A DNA stretch of 40,071 nucleotides. Source: a virus. Every line of letters starts with the position of its first letter. The stretch's first letter is position 1. A program made the translations under genes and the position numbers. Shown here in pieces: positions 17,215 through 25,370 of this stretch. The stretch lies in UHGV virus genome UHGV-2079066; one strand, given 5' to 3'. The notes below the pieces were generated by a model. It was not told where the DNA came from. It ran no database searches and saw only the letters and a program-made list of their open reading frames with translations.

Positions 17215-19313
17215 ACCCAGCCTCCTGATGATGATGACCATGCCGATTCACGGGCTGGTTTCTTAGCCTTAGGCTCTGATACTGACGGTTTTGCAACCGG
17301 CTCCGGTGCCACTGCAGGCGCGTCTGGCGATGGCTCAACCACCAGATAACTCTCCCGGCGCGCCCACTCAGGGGCATCAGGCCACTTAATCTTTTCGTAA
17401 CCATGAAGAATGACCAGGGCATGTGCGTAAACCATAAGGTCAAACGCTTCGTTAGCCCCCTTACCAGGCTTCGTCCATTTCCCATCAGCTGATCGCTCCT
17501 CATAGGTCAGTTCGTCGTAAAACCACCCTCCCAGCCAGTCAGGGAAATGCACGAAGTTCGGCCCCGGCACATCGCGCCAAAGCGCGTTGTTGATCCGGTC
17601 TTTCAGTGCGTTGGTCTGGAGAAGGTAGAGAGGGACATCACCGGCGGCCTTCGCGCGCCGGGTAGAACGCCCGGTGTTATCCGGGTAGGTTTTGGTAATC
17701 AGCTTCGCCCTGGTCTGGCTGTCACCCTTGAACAGCCAGACTTTGCGCTGCAGACCGTCACGGCGACAGCGCCGCCAGAACTCATAGGCATTGTCGGTAA
17801 CGCCATCTTCACCACCGGAGTCGACGGCCATGGCCAGCAGACCCATTCGCTTGCCCGGTTCGCCATCAAGCGCCCAGGTTTTCTCCAGCACATCGGTGCG
17901 CAGCAGATCCCAGTCCTCCGGATAGCTGGCAGGATCGATGTGGTAGCTTTCGCCGTCAGGCGTGGTGCGCATCGACTGCATGATGTTGTACCGGTCAACC
18001 ACCCAACGCTCGCCGTGGGCGCCGTAGCCAACAACCTGCACCACAAATCGCCGGTTTTTACCGCCCTGAACATCGACGGTCGCCACCAGGAAGTTGACGC
18101 CAGCAGGCACGCGCCGGCGCTCAACAGGTTCGGCGCGCTGCTGCAGCTCCTCACCTTTACGTTGTTCAATGCTGGAGCGCGGGAGATACGGGAGTCCCCA
18201 GTCGGTGTTAATGACCGTCTTCAGCGTTTCTTCGCTGCCGGTCGCCTCGTACTCCTGTTCAGCGGTCAGCAGTTTGTAAACCAGTTGTGCCCAGGTCTGA
18301 TATGCAGCTGCCGGGCCTTCCATCCAGAACGACGCTATTCGCGACCGCCGTCCGGTGCCCGTTATTGTTCCGCTGCTGTCGATCTGCTGATCCTCACGCA
18401 GCCAGACACCTTTCATATTCAGGGAACGTTTCAGGTCGGCGGTGATCACCCCGGAGCAGGAAGGGCAATGGATACAGGCCGCTTCGCTGGCCTTTACCGG
18501 ATCGCTGATTTCCCGGTAACCGGTCATCGCCGTCATCTCTGGCTGGAAAAACTCACCACAATGCGGACATGGCCAGTACCAGCGGCGGCGGTCGCCGCGG
18601 TTGTACAGTGACAGAATGCCGGTTGTGGGTGGGGCTTCGTGCGCCGAGCTCCGGCGCCACTTCGTATCGCGAATGTCCCGGCCTGGCGAACTCTCAACCA
18701 GCGTCATGCCGGACGACATAAACGTGGTGGTACGCTTGGAGGCCAGGGAAAATGCATCACCTTCCCCGTCGATATCCTCCGGGAAGCGGTCATAATCTGT
18801 CAGGGCGACGCACTTGTAATCCGACGAGGACATGATATTGACCGACGGCCAGCCTATCTTGAGGTAGTTACCCGCCCTGAATGTCCTGTCGTAAACGTTG
18901 TTATCGTTCCTGCGGGGACTCAGGCGGGTTGCCACTTCCGGACTGCAACGGAATGTGCGATCCAGTCGTTTCTTCGAGTGCTCGCGGGCCTTTTCCTCTG
19001 TCATCTGAATAATCAGCATGTCAGACGGGTCGCAGACCACGTTATAAACCACCCACCCGTCAATCAGGCCGATTGTCTTCCCCGTTCGCGCCGGGCCGAC
19101 AAACACCACCGCGTCATACTCACGCGACGCCAGGCAGTTCATTGGCTCGAGTACATACGGAGCCAGGTTCGGATCCCAGGGAACGGAGTTACCGGCACCC
19201 ATTGGCACGCGCATAAATTTACTGACTGCATCGGCCACCAGCATGCGGCGTGGGGCACGAAGTATTCCAGGGACATCCTTTCGGATCCCCCGGGCAGATG
19301 CCCGCTTCGCCAT
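17211..19313 (-). CDS. terL: terminase large subunit (lambda gpA-like)
   Basis: seen: 700 aa with Walker-A-like VFVGPARTGKT; start overlaps terS stop. Confidence 0.9.
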   Translation of the reverse strand: MAKRASARGIRKDVPGILRAPRRMLVADAVSKFMRVPMGAGNSVPWDPNLAPYVLEPMNCLASREYDAVVFVGPARTGKTIGLIDGWVVYNVVCDPSDMLIIQMTEEKAREHSKKRLDRTFRCSPEVATRLSPRRNDNNVYDRTFRAGNYLKIGWPSVNIMSSSDYKCVALTDYDRFPEDIDGEGDAFSLASKRTTTFMSSGMTLVESSPGRDIRDTKWRRSSAHEAPPTTGILSLYNRGDRRRWYWPCPHCGEFFQPEMTAMTGYREISDPVKASEAACIHCPSCSGVITADLKRSLNMKGVWLREDQQIDSSGTITGTGRRSRIASFWMEGPAAAYQTWAQLVYKLLTAEQEYEATGSEETLKTVINTDWGLPYLPRSSIEQRKGEELQQRAEPVERRRVPAGVNFLVATVDVQGGKNRRFVVQVVGYGAHGERWVVDRYNIMQSMRTTPDGESYHIDPASYPEDWDLLRTDVLEKTWALDGEPGKRMGLLAMAVDSGGEDGVTDNAYEFWRRCRRDGLQRKVWLFKGDSQTRAKLITKTYPDNTGRSTRRAKAAGDVPLYLLQTNALKDRINNALWRDVPGPNFVHFPDWLGGWFYDELTYEERSADGKWTKPGKGANEAFDLMVYAHALVILHGYEKIKWPDAPEWARRESYLVVEPSPDAPAVAPEPVAKPSVSEPKAKKPARESAWSSSSGGWV

Positions 19314-19801
19314 CAGTCCTCCTCTGGCTCATCCTCCTCCGGTTCTGCGTCCAGCACGCGCTGCGCAATCTGGTCGCGAAGATCGTCAATCACACTCTGC
19401 ACGCGGCTGACAGCTGCGGGGTTCAGCGCGCAGTCACGCTCCAGAATGTCCGGTAACGTTTCCAGCACCTGCACCACAGCTTTTGCCATGACAGAAAATT
19501 CACGGGCCACCTCATCTGCCGGGATTAACTGGCCGGTATCCTGCTCAAATTTGAGCCGCTCGTTTTCCGCTTTCCAGTGGGCGAGCCTGTCCGAGGGCGT
19601 CATATCTTCGGCGCTGGACGCGACGACGGGCGCCATCAGTTCGGTGAGCACATCAGTGATGAGGTAGAGTTTGAGTTTGTTGTTGCTGCCCAGCGCAGGC
19701 TCGAGTTGCTTAAGCCTGGCGGCAACGGTCTGGCGATGAACGCCGGTGATCCCTGCCAGCTGATTGATGTTCAGCTTCAGGGTGGAAAGCTCCTGGTCCA
19801 T
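19313..19801 (-). CDS. terS: terminase small subunit (Nu1-like, N-terminal HTH)
   Basis: seen: LKLNINQLAGITGVHRQTVAARLKQ resembles recalled Nu1 HTH; acidic C-terminus. Start is ATG 19801 or GTG 19813; neither has a clear SD. Confidence 0.75.
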   Translation of the reverse strand: MDQELSTLKLNINQLAGITGVHRQTVAARLKQLEPALGSNNKLKLYLITDVLTELMAPVVASSAEDMTPSDRLAHWKAENERLKFEQDTGQLIPADEVAREFSVMAKAVVQVLETLPDILERDCALNPAAVSRVQSVIDDLRDQIAQRVLDAEPEEDEPEED

Positions 19802-19904
19802 GATGGTGAACACTTTTTGAACGATTCGACATCATTGCAAAACGTCACTGATAAAAATCATACAGTTATGCACATGATGATGATGACCCTGGATCACGAA
19901 AACT

Positions 19905-19940
19905 AGCCGTTTTCCGCGTGCCCGCCGCCTCGTGGCAGGC
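19905..19940 (-). other. candidate cos site (cosN-like)
   Basis: seen: minus strand GAGGCGGCGGGCACGCGGAAAACGGC ~115 bp upstream of terS resembles recalled lambda left end GGGCGGCGACCTCGCGGGTTTTCGC. Exact nick positions unknown. Confidence 0.4.
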
Positions 19941-20043
19941 CACCCCTCCGGGAGGACCCGTCCATATGAGAATGGTTATCAGTTGAGGTGGGGATCTGGC
20001 GGGGTTGCCCGGCTAGTCTGGGCGCTGGATGGGGCTGATGGTT

Positions 20044-20383
20044 AGAAGCCGAGGCGAACGCGACCCTCAGGGTCGTTTGCATTGGTGGTAATCCACGCAG
20101 TGCCTGCAACGGCGTTGTCATCAGTGCCATCCTTCGAGCTACTGGTCAACTTGCCATCTTTCGTCAGCCAGAGTCGGACCCCGCGCTGCTAGGTCTCAGC
20201 TGCAACCTTCGGCAAGACGAATACTCCGGTCATCATCAGAACACCATCACCGCTGGCGGCGATATCGTGCTGAGCGATACCGATGATCGCACCAACAATC
20301 ACCGGTTGACCTGACACCACATCTTTTGTGGTCCCGTTATGCCAGTCCATTGTATTGCCGTCCTGGTAGTAGTTTTTAGCCAT
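20044..20383 (-). pseudogene. second gpD-like paralog interrupted by in-frame TAG (stop at 20189-20191)
   Basis: seen: ATG 20383 with GAGG SD gives MAKNYYQDGNTMDWHNGTTKDVVSGQPVIVGAIIGIAQHDIA...LPKVAAET-TAG-QRGSDLWLTKDGKLTSS...; homology to the 13133-13456 paralog continues through the stop. Confidence 0.5.
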
Positions 20384-20536
20384 ATTGGGCCTCTGGTTAT
20401 GCCTGATAAGCAGGTTAAAAGAATAGGTATTACGTTCGTTGCGCCGGGTGCGCTGAGGGGTAATTGACATGAGCATGTGTCTTCACATGATGATGTTAAC
20501 TATCAGCCCCGCGAGAGCGAGGCTGCAAATAGCATG

Positions 20537-20836
20537 CTACGGTCTTGAAGTGCTCACGATGTATGAATCCACCACGCCGTCCTTATTTACTTTGACGACG
20601 AGCGATTTGCCCTGCCCCACGCTGAACGCTGTTGCATGAGCGTAGGTCCAACCATAAATCTTATTGCCCTCGGAATCGGCAGTTACTGAGGTTGGCTTAC
20701 CGAACTTCTGCAAAACAGCCTGCTCAGTCGTAACCCCCTTTTGGATTGAGGTGACATCTGCTTCCGAAAAGTCTTTACCCACCGTCGCGCAACCGACCAG
20801 ACCCAAAGCAATGACACCCAGAATTGTCTTTTTCAT
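20537..20836 (-). CDS. outer-membrane lipoprotein, SmpA/OmlA (BamE-like) family; moron
   Basis: seen: signal peptide plus lipobox LVGC; DVTSIQKGVTTEQAVLQKFGKP resembles recalled BamE motif; AAGGGA SD. Confidence 0.6.
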   Translation of the reverse strand: MKKTILGVIALGLVGCATVGKDFSEADVTSIQKGVTTEQAVLQKFGKPTSVTADSEGNKIYGWTYAHATAFSVGQGKSLVVKVNKDGVVDSYIVSTSRP

Positions 20837-20993
20837 TGATATATCCCTTATTTAAAAAGAGGATAATCCTACCACCGAGCCATCTGAAGCGCGAAGACTA
20901 CATGGCCTGCGGTAAAGTCTTTGTGATCAGCGCAGTAGCCTGAACGGTCCGTAGTCGTACCGGGACAACCTCTCTTGCGACATGCGCGAGGGA

Positions 20994-21227
20994 TTAACGC
21001 TGGCATGGTTCAATCCTCACAGAGCCGTGAAGCGTATGCCGCTTCACTTCACCGTTCTCTGTCGTCATATAACCACGCTCATCAGGAACGGCTGCGATTA
21101 CTTCGCCCTTCTCATCGTCAGCAGTGAAGACATGCTTAACCTCTATACCATCGAGAAAAACAGCGTATCGCTCTACACCGAGATTAATCTTCCTGCCGGG
21201 ATCGTCATCTAATACAGTTAGACGCAT
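20994..21227 (-). CDS. hypothetical small protein (77 aa)
   Basis: seen: ATG 21227 with AAGAGG SD; MRLTVLDDDPGRKINLGVERYAVFLDGIEVKHVF.... Track ORF starts 18 codons upstream without SD. Confidence 0.5.
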   Translation of the reverse strand: MRLTVLDDDPGRKINLGVERYAVFLDGIEVKHVFTADDEKGEVIAAVPDERGYMTTENGEVKRHTLHGSVRIEPCQR

Positions 21228-21372
21228 ATGACCTCTTGTTAGGTTCATTTTTGTGTTCGAAGTGGCATCAAATTGAGACATAACTCTAATAACTTAAACT
21301 TTCTCATTCTTTAGTATTGATATTGGCCTTAATGGCTCAATGTTTATTAACTCATCAATAAGAGGTTTAATT

Positions 21373-21813
21373 ATGAGCATCGACTATTTAGACGTCCGTA
21401 AGGTTATTAAGTGTGCAGAACACAAAAAGGCTTTAGATGAAAAAGCAATCAAACTTAAGAAAAACGTTATTGACTCATGCAAAGAAAGTTCTTTAACTTC
21501 TAACACCTTGATTTTCAATCAAGATGCAGAAAACAGACTAACCCTAGAACTTTCAACATATGGGTTAGAACTCGTTTTCAATGAGAAACTGGTAGTCATC
21601 AATGAAGCCCCTCTTTTGAAGTTCGTTGCAACTGACTCAACTGATGAAAATAACAAGGAAGTAATTAGCTTCTTTTTAGGTAAAAATGGGTTGGTTTACA
21701 TTGGGGAGTACAAACCTAATCCATCTTATGATTATGAAGATGTTGATCTATTTCTCGATATACTTGAAGCTACATTAAAAGCGCTCAAGTCTTCCGATAA
21801 AATATCCTATTAA
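21373..21813 (+). CDS. hypothetical acidic protein, AT-rich moron on the opposite strand
   Basis: seen: ATG 21373 with AGAGG SD; markedly AT-rich codon usage versus neighbours; convergent with 21859-22089; hairpin 21820-21845 downstream. Confidence 0.55.
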   Translation: MSIDYLDVRKVIKCAEHKKALDEKAIKLKKNVIDSCKESSLTSNTLIFNQDAENRLTLELSTYGLELVFNEKLVVINEAPLLKFVATDSTDENNKEVISFFLGKNGLVYIGEYKPNPSYDYEDVDLFLDILEATLKALKSSDKISY

Positions 21814-21858
21814 CTGATGGCAGGCACCTGATACGTGCCTGCTGTAATGCATGATAGT

Positions 21859-22089
21859 TTAAGAGAAGGAGAGGCCCAAATTAACCAGTACATCTTTTTT
21901 CTCCTCTATACGCCGATCAAGTTCATCCACTGCATGCGGGCGTATGGCATCAAGAAAGGCATTATCCTGATAGGTCGACTGGATTGTCACCCCAAGTCCG
22001 GCACCGCTTTCCAGTATGCCTTTCTGTCGCTGTAGCTCTTTCATCTCGTTATAGATGTAATGCGCGTCACTTAGGTTCTCTACGTTCAC
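21859..22089 (-). CDS. hypothetical small protein (76 aa)
   Basis: seen: GTG start preceded by GAAGGAG at 7 nt; overlaps 3' end of upstream lipoprotein ORF. Confidence 0.45.
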   Translation of the reverse strand: MNVENLSDAHYIYNEMKELQRQKGILESGAGLGVTIQSTYQDNAFLDAIRPHAVDELDRRIEEKKDVLVNLGLSFS

Positions 22090-22309
22090 GACCTGGCTCC
22101 TTCATGCAGTTAGCCTGCACTGATTTGTTGTGCGCCAATATGTCCCGCTTCGTCTGTTTATCCAGCACGGCAATATCGTGCTCAGTGAGGTAGATGATGC
22201 TCACCCAGTCACAGGCCGTGTCCGTTACTTCAGGTTTTGCGGGTAAATTTTTCGCGCAACTCGCGGTCAACATCGTCATCAGGAAGATGATTAACAGTCT
22301 GCTGTACAT
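22067..22309 (-). CDS. lipoprotein, candidate o-spanin (Rz1-like)
   Basis: seen: signal peptide plus lipobox LTASC; start lies inside the 3' part of the i-spanin-like ORF in another frame. inference: spanin pair from architecture. Confidence 0.5.
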   Translation of the reverse strand: MYSRLLIIFLMTMLTASCAKNLPAKPEVTDTACDWVSIIYLTEHDIAVLDKQTKRDILAHNKSVQANCMKEPGRERREPK

Positions 22310-22499
22310 CCCTGGCTCCTTTTGTTGTTTCTACCCGGCGTTCGGCTACCGCTTCTGTAGCTGCTGCACGCTCTTCAGTGCGTTGCTGGTCCGCTTTTGT
22401 TTCTGCGATACTGGTACCGCGAGATTTACCCAGACCAAAGGCACCTGCAATTGCTGCCAGCGCGGCAACAATCAGGCCGATAATCATTTCAAGTCCCAT
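22230..22499 (-). CDS. candidate i-spanin (Rz-like), N-terminal TM plus charged helix
   Basis: seen: MGLEMIIGLIVAALAAIAGAFGL then Glu/Arg/Ala-rich region; immediately downstream of endolysin. Shorter (89 aa) than typical Rz. Confidence 0.5.
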   Translation of the reverse strand: MGLEMIIGLIVAALAAIAGAFGLGKSRGTSIAETKADQQRTEERAAATEAVAERRVETTKGARDVQQTVNHLPDDDVDRELREKFTRKT

Positions 22500-22506
22500 A
22501 GTGACC

Positions 22507-23121
22507 TCACACCAGTGCGGCTTTAGCTTTGGCGTAACGTTCACGGCGGTCTTTAATGCCGTTCTGCCCGCCGTTAATAATCTGCGTGACGCGTTCCACA
22601 TCCCCCGAATAGAGGAGACAACCGCGTAACGTGAAGTACCATGCCGCCGAACGGGCCGCGTGTCGCTCTTGCGTCAATAGTTCCGGAGTGCTCACAAGGT
22701 CAAGCTTTAGCGCCGTACCGCATTTGGTGTAGTTCTCACGACCAGTGATTTGCAGCAGGCCACGACCGCGATATTTCCAGCCGTCACCCTGGCTGTTATT
22801 CCCCATGCGGTCACCGTAAACCAGATTGGCTATTTGTGGCTGGTGAGCGACCTGTTTACCATCAACACGCCCCAGCATTTCACACTGATACGATGTCAGG
22901 CGATTACCGAAGGTTTTCTTCAGCCCTTCAACCGAGTAGTTAAAACTCTCGGCCAACGAAGTAAAGCCAGCAGACTCATGCCCGACTTGTGCAATGAACA
23001 TAGCCTGATCATTAACCGCTGTAATTCCAAACTCTTTCATTGCCGCGTCAATGTGCGGAAACCAGCGTGCAGAAAGCCCGGCGCTGATACCAGCCGCCTG
23101 CTGAAATTGTGATTGGTTCAT
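22507..23121 (-). CDS. endolysin, glycoside hydrolase family 19 (chitinase-like lysozyme)
   Basis: seen: ...FIAQVGHESAGFTSL...GRGLLQITGRENY...; no N-terminal signal-anchor segment. Confidence 0.85.
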   Translation of the reverse strand: MNQSQFQQAAGISAGLSARWFPHIDAAMKEFGITAVNDQAMFIAQVGHESAGFTSLAESFNYSVEGLKKTFGNRLTSYQCEMLGRVDGKQVAHQPQIANLVYGDRMGNNSQGDGWKYRGRGLLQITGRENYTKCGTALKLDLVSTPELLTQERHAARSAAWYFTLRGCLLYSGDVERVTQIINGGQNGIKDRRERYAKAKAALV

Positions 23122-23402
23122 TATTGCCTCAGATGATCAACCAGGCGTGCCACGTTGCCTCTGACGGCGACCAGCACGGACAGGAAAATAATGTTGGCCC
23201 CGATAGTGGCCCACGATGAATAAGGGTAGATACCGCACAGATACGCCAGCGGTACGGCGCTATAAATGACCGTAAGCAGCCAGGCTAAGCGAGATATCCA
23301 CGGTCGATGTCTGGAGTCACCGCGACGGTAAAACATCAGGGTCAGCACTACCCCAGCGCAAAGAAGCGCATTGATTGTTGCCGATGGGTCATTTAGTACC
23401 AC
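23121..23402 (-). CDS. holin-like membrane protein (second holin or antiholin)
   Basis: seen: 93 aa with 2-3 hydrophobic segments, directly upstream of and overlapping the endolysin start. Confidence 0.55.
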   Translation of the reverse strand: MVLNDPSATINALLCAGVVLTLMFYRRGDSRHRPWISRLAWLLTVIYSAVPLAYLCGIYPYSSWATIGANIIFLSVLVAVRGNVARLVDHLRQ

Positions 23403-23775
23403 CTGAACCTCCCCGGCGCGTTATCAGCGCCACCAGCGAGCCGACATCCTGGTTGTTCAGGAACGTCAGGATTTTGACAGCTAAAGCCGAAACGATTACG
23501 GCACCGATGGCATCCAGAGGCTTATCACTGTAACCAGTCCAGTCAGCCAGCTTTGAACCCACCAGCCCTGAGCAGATGATCCCGGCGATGTAGGACACGA
23601 CAAAATACGCCAGCCGACGCGTTGCACTAAGGTCCGCAGCTGTTGCAATGTAAAATACAGCTCCGGCAAATGCGCCAAACACCACGCCGTAATCGGTTCC
23701 GGACAGAAATCCATAGACGCTAGCTCCCGTCAGGACACCACCAGCCAGCCCAGTACCGGAAATCGGATCGGACAT
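23389..23775 (-). CDS. holin
   Basis: seen: 128 aa, Gly/Ala-rich TM helices, first gene of lysis cassette downstream of a terminator. Confidence 0.6.
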   Translation of the reverse strand: MSDPISGTGLAGGVLTGASVYGFLSGTDYGVVFGAFAGAVFYIATAADLSATRRLAYFVVSYIAGIICSGLVGSKLADWTGYSDKPLDAIGAVIVSALAVKILTFLNNQDVGSLVALITRRGGSGGTK

Positions 23776-23820
23776 TTAGCCCCCTCTTTATTGCTGTGAG
23801 TCCTCTCAGAACGAGGGGAA

Positions 23821-23846
23821 TAAAAAAGGCCACCATCTGGTGACCT
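23821..23846. terminator. bidirectional hairpin terminator between moron and holin
   Basis: seen: ggccaccatctggtgacc flanked by A6 on one side and ttcgttaatttt on the other. Confidence 0.55.
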
Positions 23847-23863
23847 TCGTTAATTTTGAGTTG

Positions 23864-24400
23864 TTACAACGATCTAATCTCTTTCGATAAACAGTCCAAC
23901 ATTTTATTAGCCTCCTTATCAAAATTATGACCAGCGTTTAGAATTATATTCTTCGCCAATTTCTTATCGTCAACTTCACCTGACTGTATTTTGAAGAAAA
24001 CAGAATTGGCTGGTTTCAGCAATTTTCTAGATTCATCAAACATAACGCTAATCTCAGGAAAATAAACACCAGAGATTAAAATAATTCTATCACCAACTCC
24101 TTTATACTCAGGGTTTTTACTGAGAATTTCGTCTGATTTATCGCCAATGTCCTCAGATTTAAAACACCCATCAATACAATTTATCCAGCTCATATGATTG
24201 GCAAAAAGCAATTTTTTATAAAGTATTAATGCCTCATAAAGCTGTTCACCCTTTTCAATTTTCCTTCTATTTCTTTCTGAGCGCCACTCATGCGACTGCC
24301 TACTACTGTTCTGGAGGTAACTTGTAAGAGAAGTTATCAATGTACCCACAAAAATCCCCAAAGCAGCAATTAATGCAACATTTTCTTTAGTCAGTTCCAT
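23864..24400 (-). CDS. hypothetical single-pass membrane protein, AT-rich moron between Q and holin
   Basis: seen: ATG 24400 preceded by GGTGA; MELTKENVALIAALGIFVGTLITSLTSYL (TM) then ~150 aa soluble domain; low GC. Track ORF extends 38 codons upstream across a terminator hairpin. Confidence 0.55.
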   Translation of the reverse strand: MELTKENVALIAALGIFVGTLITSLTSYLQNSSRQSHEWRSERNRRKIEKGEQLYEALILYKKLLFANHMSWINCIDGCFKSEDIGDKSDEILSKNPEYKGVGDRIILISGVYFPEISVMFDESRKLLKPANSVFFKIQSGEVDDKKLAKNIILNAGHNFDKEANKMLDCLSKEIRSL

Positions 24401-24411
24401 ACTATCACCAT

Positions 24412-24434
24412 AAAAAAACCCCACCGAGGTGAGG
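24412..24434 (-). terminator. tR'-like intrinsic terminator downstream of candidate late promoter
   Basis: seen: minus strand CCUCACCUCGGUGGGG followed by U7. Confidence 0.5.
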
Positions 24435-24452
24435 TTATCATAGTGATCGATA

Positions 24453-24480
24453 GTTATACAAAGCCCATCATTGATGTCAA
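24453..24480 (-). promoter_or_regulatory. candidate late promoter (pR'-like): -35 TTGACA, 16-nt spacer, -10 TATAAC
   Basis: seen: TTGACA at 24480-24475 and TATAAC at 24458-24453 on minus strand, immediately downstream of Q. inference: Q-modified readthrough. Confidence 0.4.
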
Positions 24481-24523
24481 ATATACACAAATACGGCAAC
24501 ATTGCAAACATCATGACGCTAAA

Positions 24524-25354
24524 TTACGCGATATTTATCACATCTTCACTTTTAGTCACCCGATTCAGTTGAGAGCTTGAATAACTCTCCTCCTGGAAAC
24601 ATTTGGTCACCAGGCTTTCATAGAATGGTTTCCAGCTATAACGCCACGTTCGGTCAGGCAGACTCGGCAACTCAGAAAAAACACCTCGATAGGCAACCGA
24701 TGATTTTGGCCTGCTGTATCCCCGCCCTTCGCAGCGCTTACATTCTTTGTAAACTGGTACGCCCTGCAGTTCTGTCGCTTTACGGTCAACCGTCTTGCCA
24801 GTTCCGCCACACTGGCATCGCTTACTTAACTTTCCGGTACCATGGCATCGCGAACATAAACTTTGCTCGGAGTCAGTTACTTCTCGCTTTACCTCAAAGT
24901 CAGATGGTGACTGTCTCAGGTCTTTTGCCCATTGTGGCAATCGCATTGTGTAATGGCTTTTAGTCACGGTTTTAGTGGTTGTAAGCAACCCTTTACCACT
25001 ACATTTTGGGCATGCCACACAATCAGCTGCTGATGAGGAATAATCGTTATAGGCAAACCGGGCAAGGATACGCATGCAGAGGGGAAACTTTTTCCCTGAT
25101 GCTTTGCGAATGGCCATGGGCGCATGCTCTTTCGCGTACTCAGTTAGCCAGGTTATTGACGCCTCTCTGTCCTGGCTGCTGATACCAGCTTTACCTAAAA
25201 ACATTGCCAGCCCGATCCCCGCATCGGCCTGAGTCATCCCCAATGCAGCCATTACATCAGTAACCGTCAGTTGTTCACTGGCTGTCGCTCTACTGGTATC
25301 TGATATGTGCATGCCTTTAGGCGCAAAAAACTTTAAAACATTGTCCAGATTCAT
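24524..25354 (-). CDS. late antiterminator Q-like protein with four CxxCxGxG zinc-finger repeats
   Basis: seen: ATG 25354 with GGAG SD; CPKCSGKG, CSRCHGTGK, CQCGGTGK, CKRCEGRG; located just upstream of the late promoter and lysis genes. Confidence 0.55.
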   Translation of the reverse strand: MNLDNVLKFFAPKGMHISDTSRATASEQLTVTDVMAALGMTQADAGIGLAMFLGKAGISSQDREASITWLTEYAKEHAPMAIRKASGKKFPLCMRILARFAYNDYSSSAADCVACPKCSGKGLLTTTKTVTKSHYTMRLPQWAKDLRQSPSDFEVKREVTDSEQSLCSRCHGTGKLSKRCQCGGTGKTVDRKATELQGVPVYKECKRCEGRGYSRPKSSVAYRGVFSELPSLPDRTWRYSWKPFYESLVTKCFQEESYSSSQLNRVTKSEDVINIA

Positions 25355-25370
25355 ACGGTCTCCATACTTC

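Noticed and set aside
23496-23714. 72-aa ORF inside the holin gene in another frame
   Set aside because: Entirely nested in a membrane-protein gene; no independent start signals.
24401-24514. First 38 codons of the track ORF 23864-24514
   Set aside because: The stretch encodes a terminator hairpin plus U7, and a better SD-supported ATG lies downstream at 24400.
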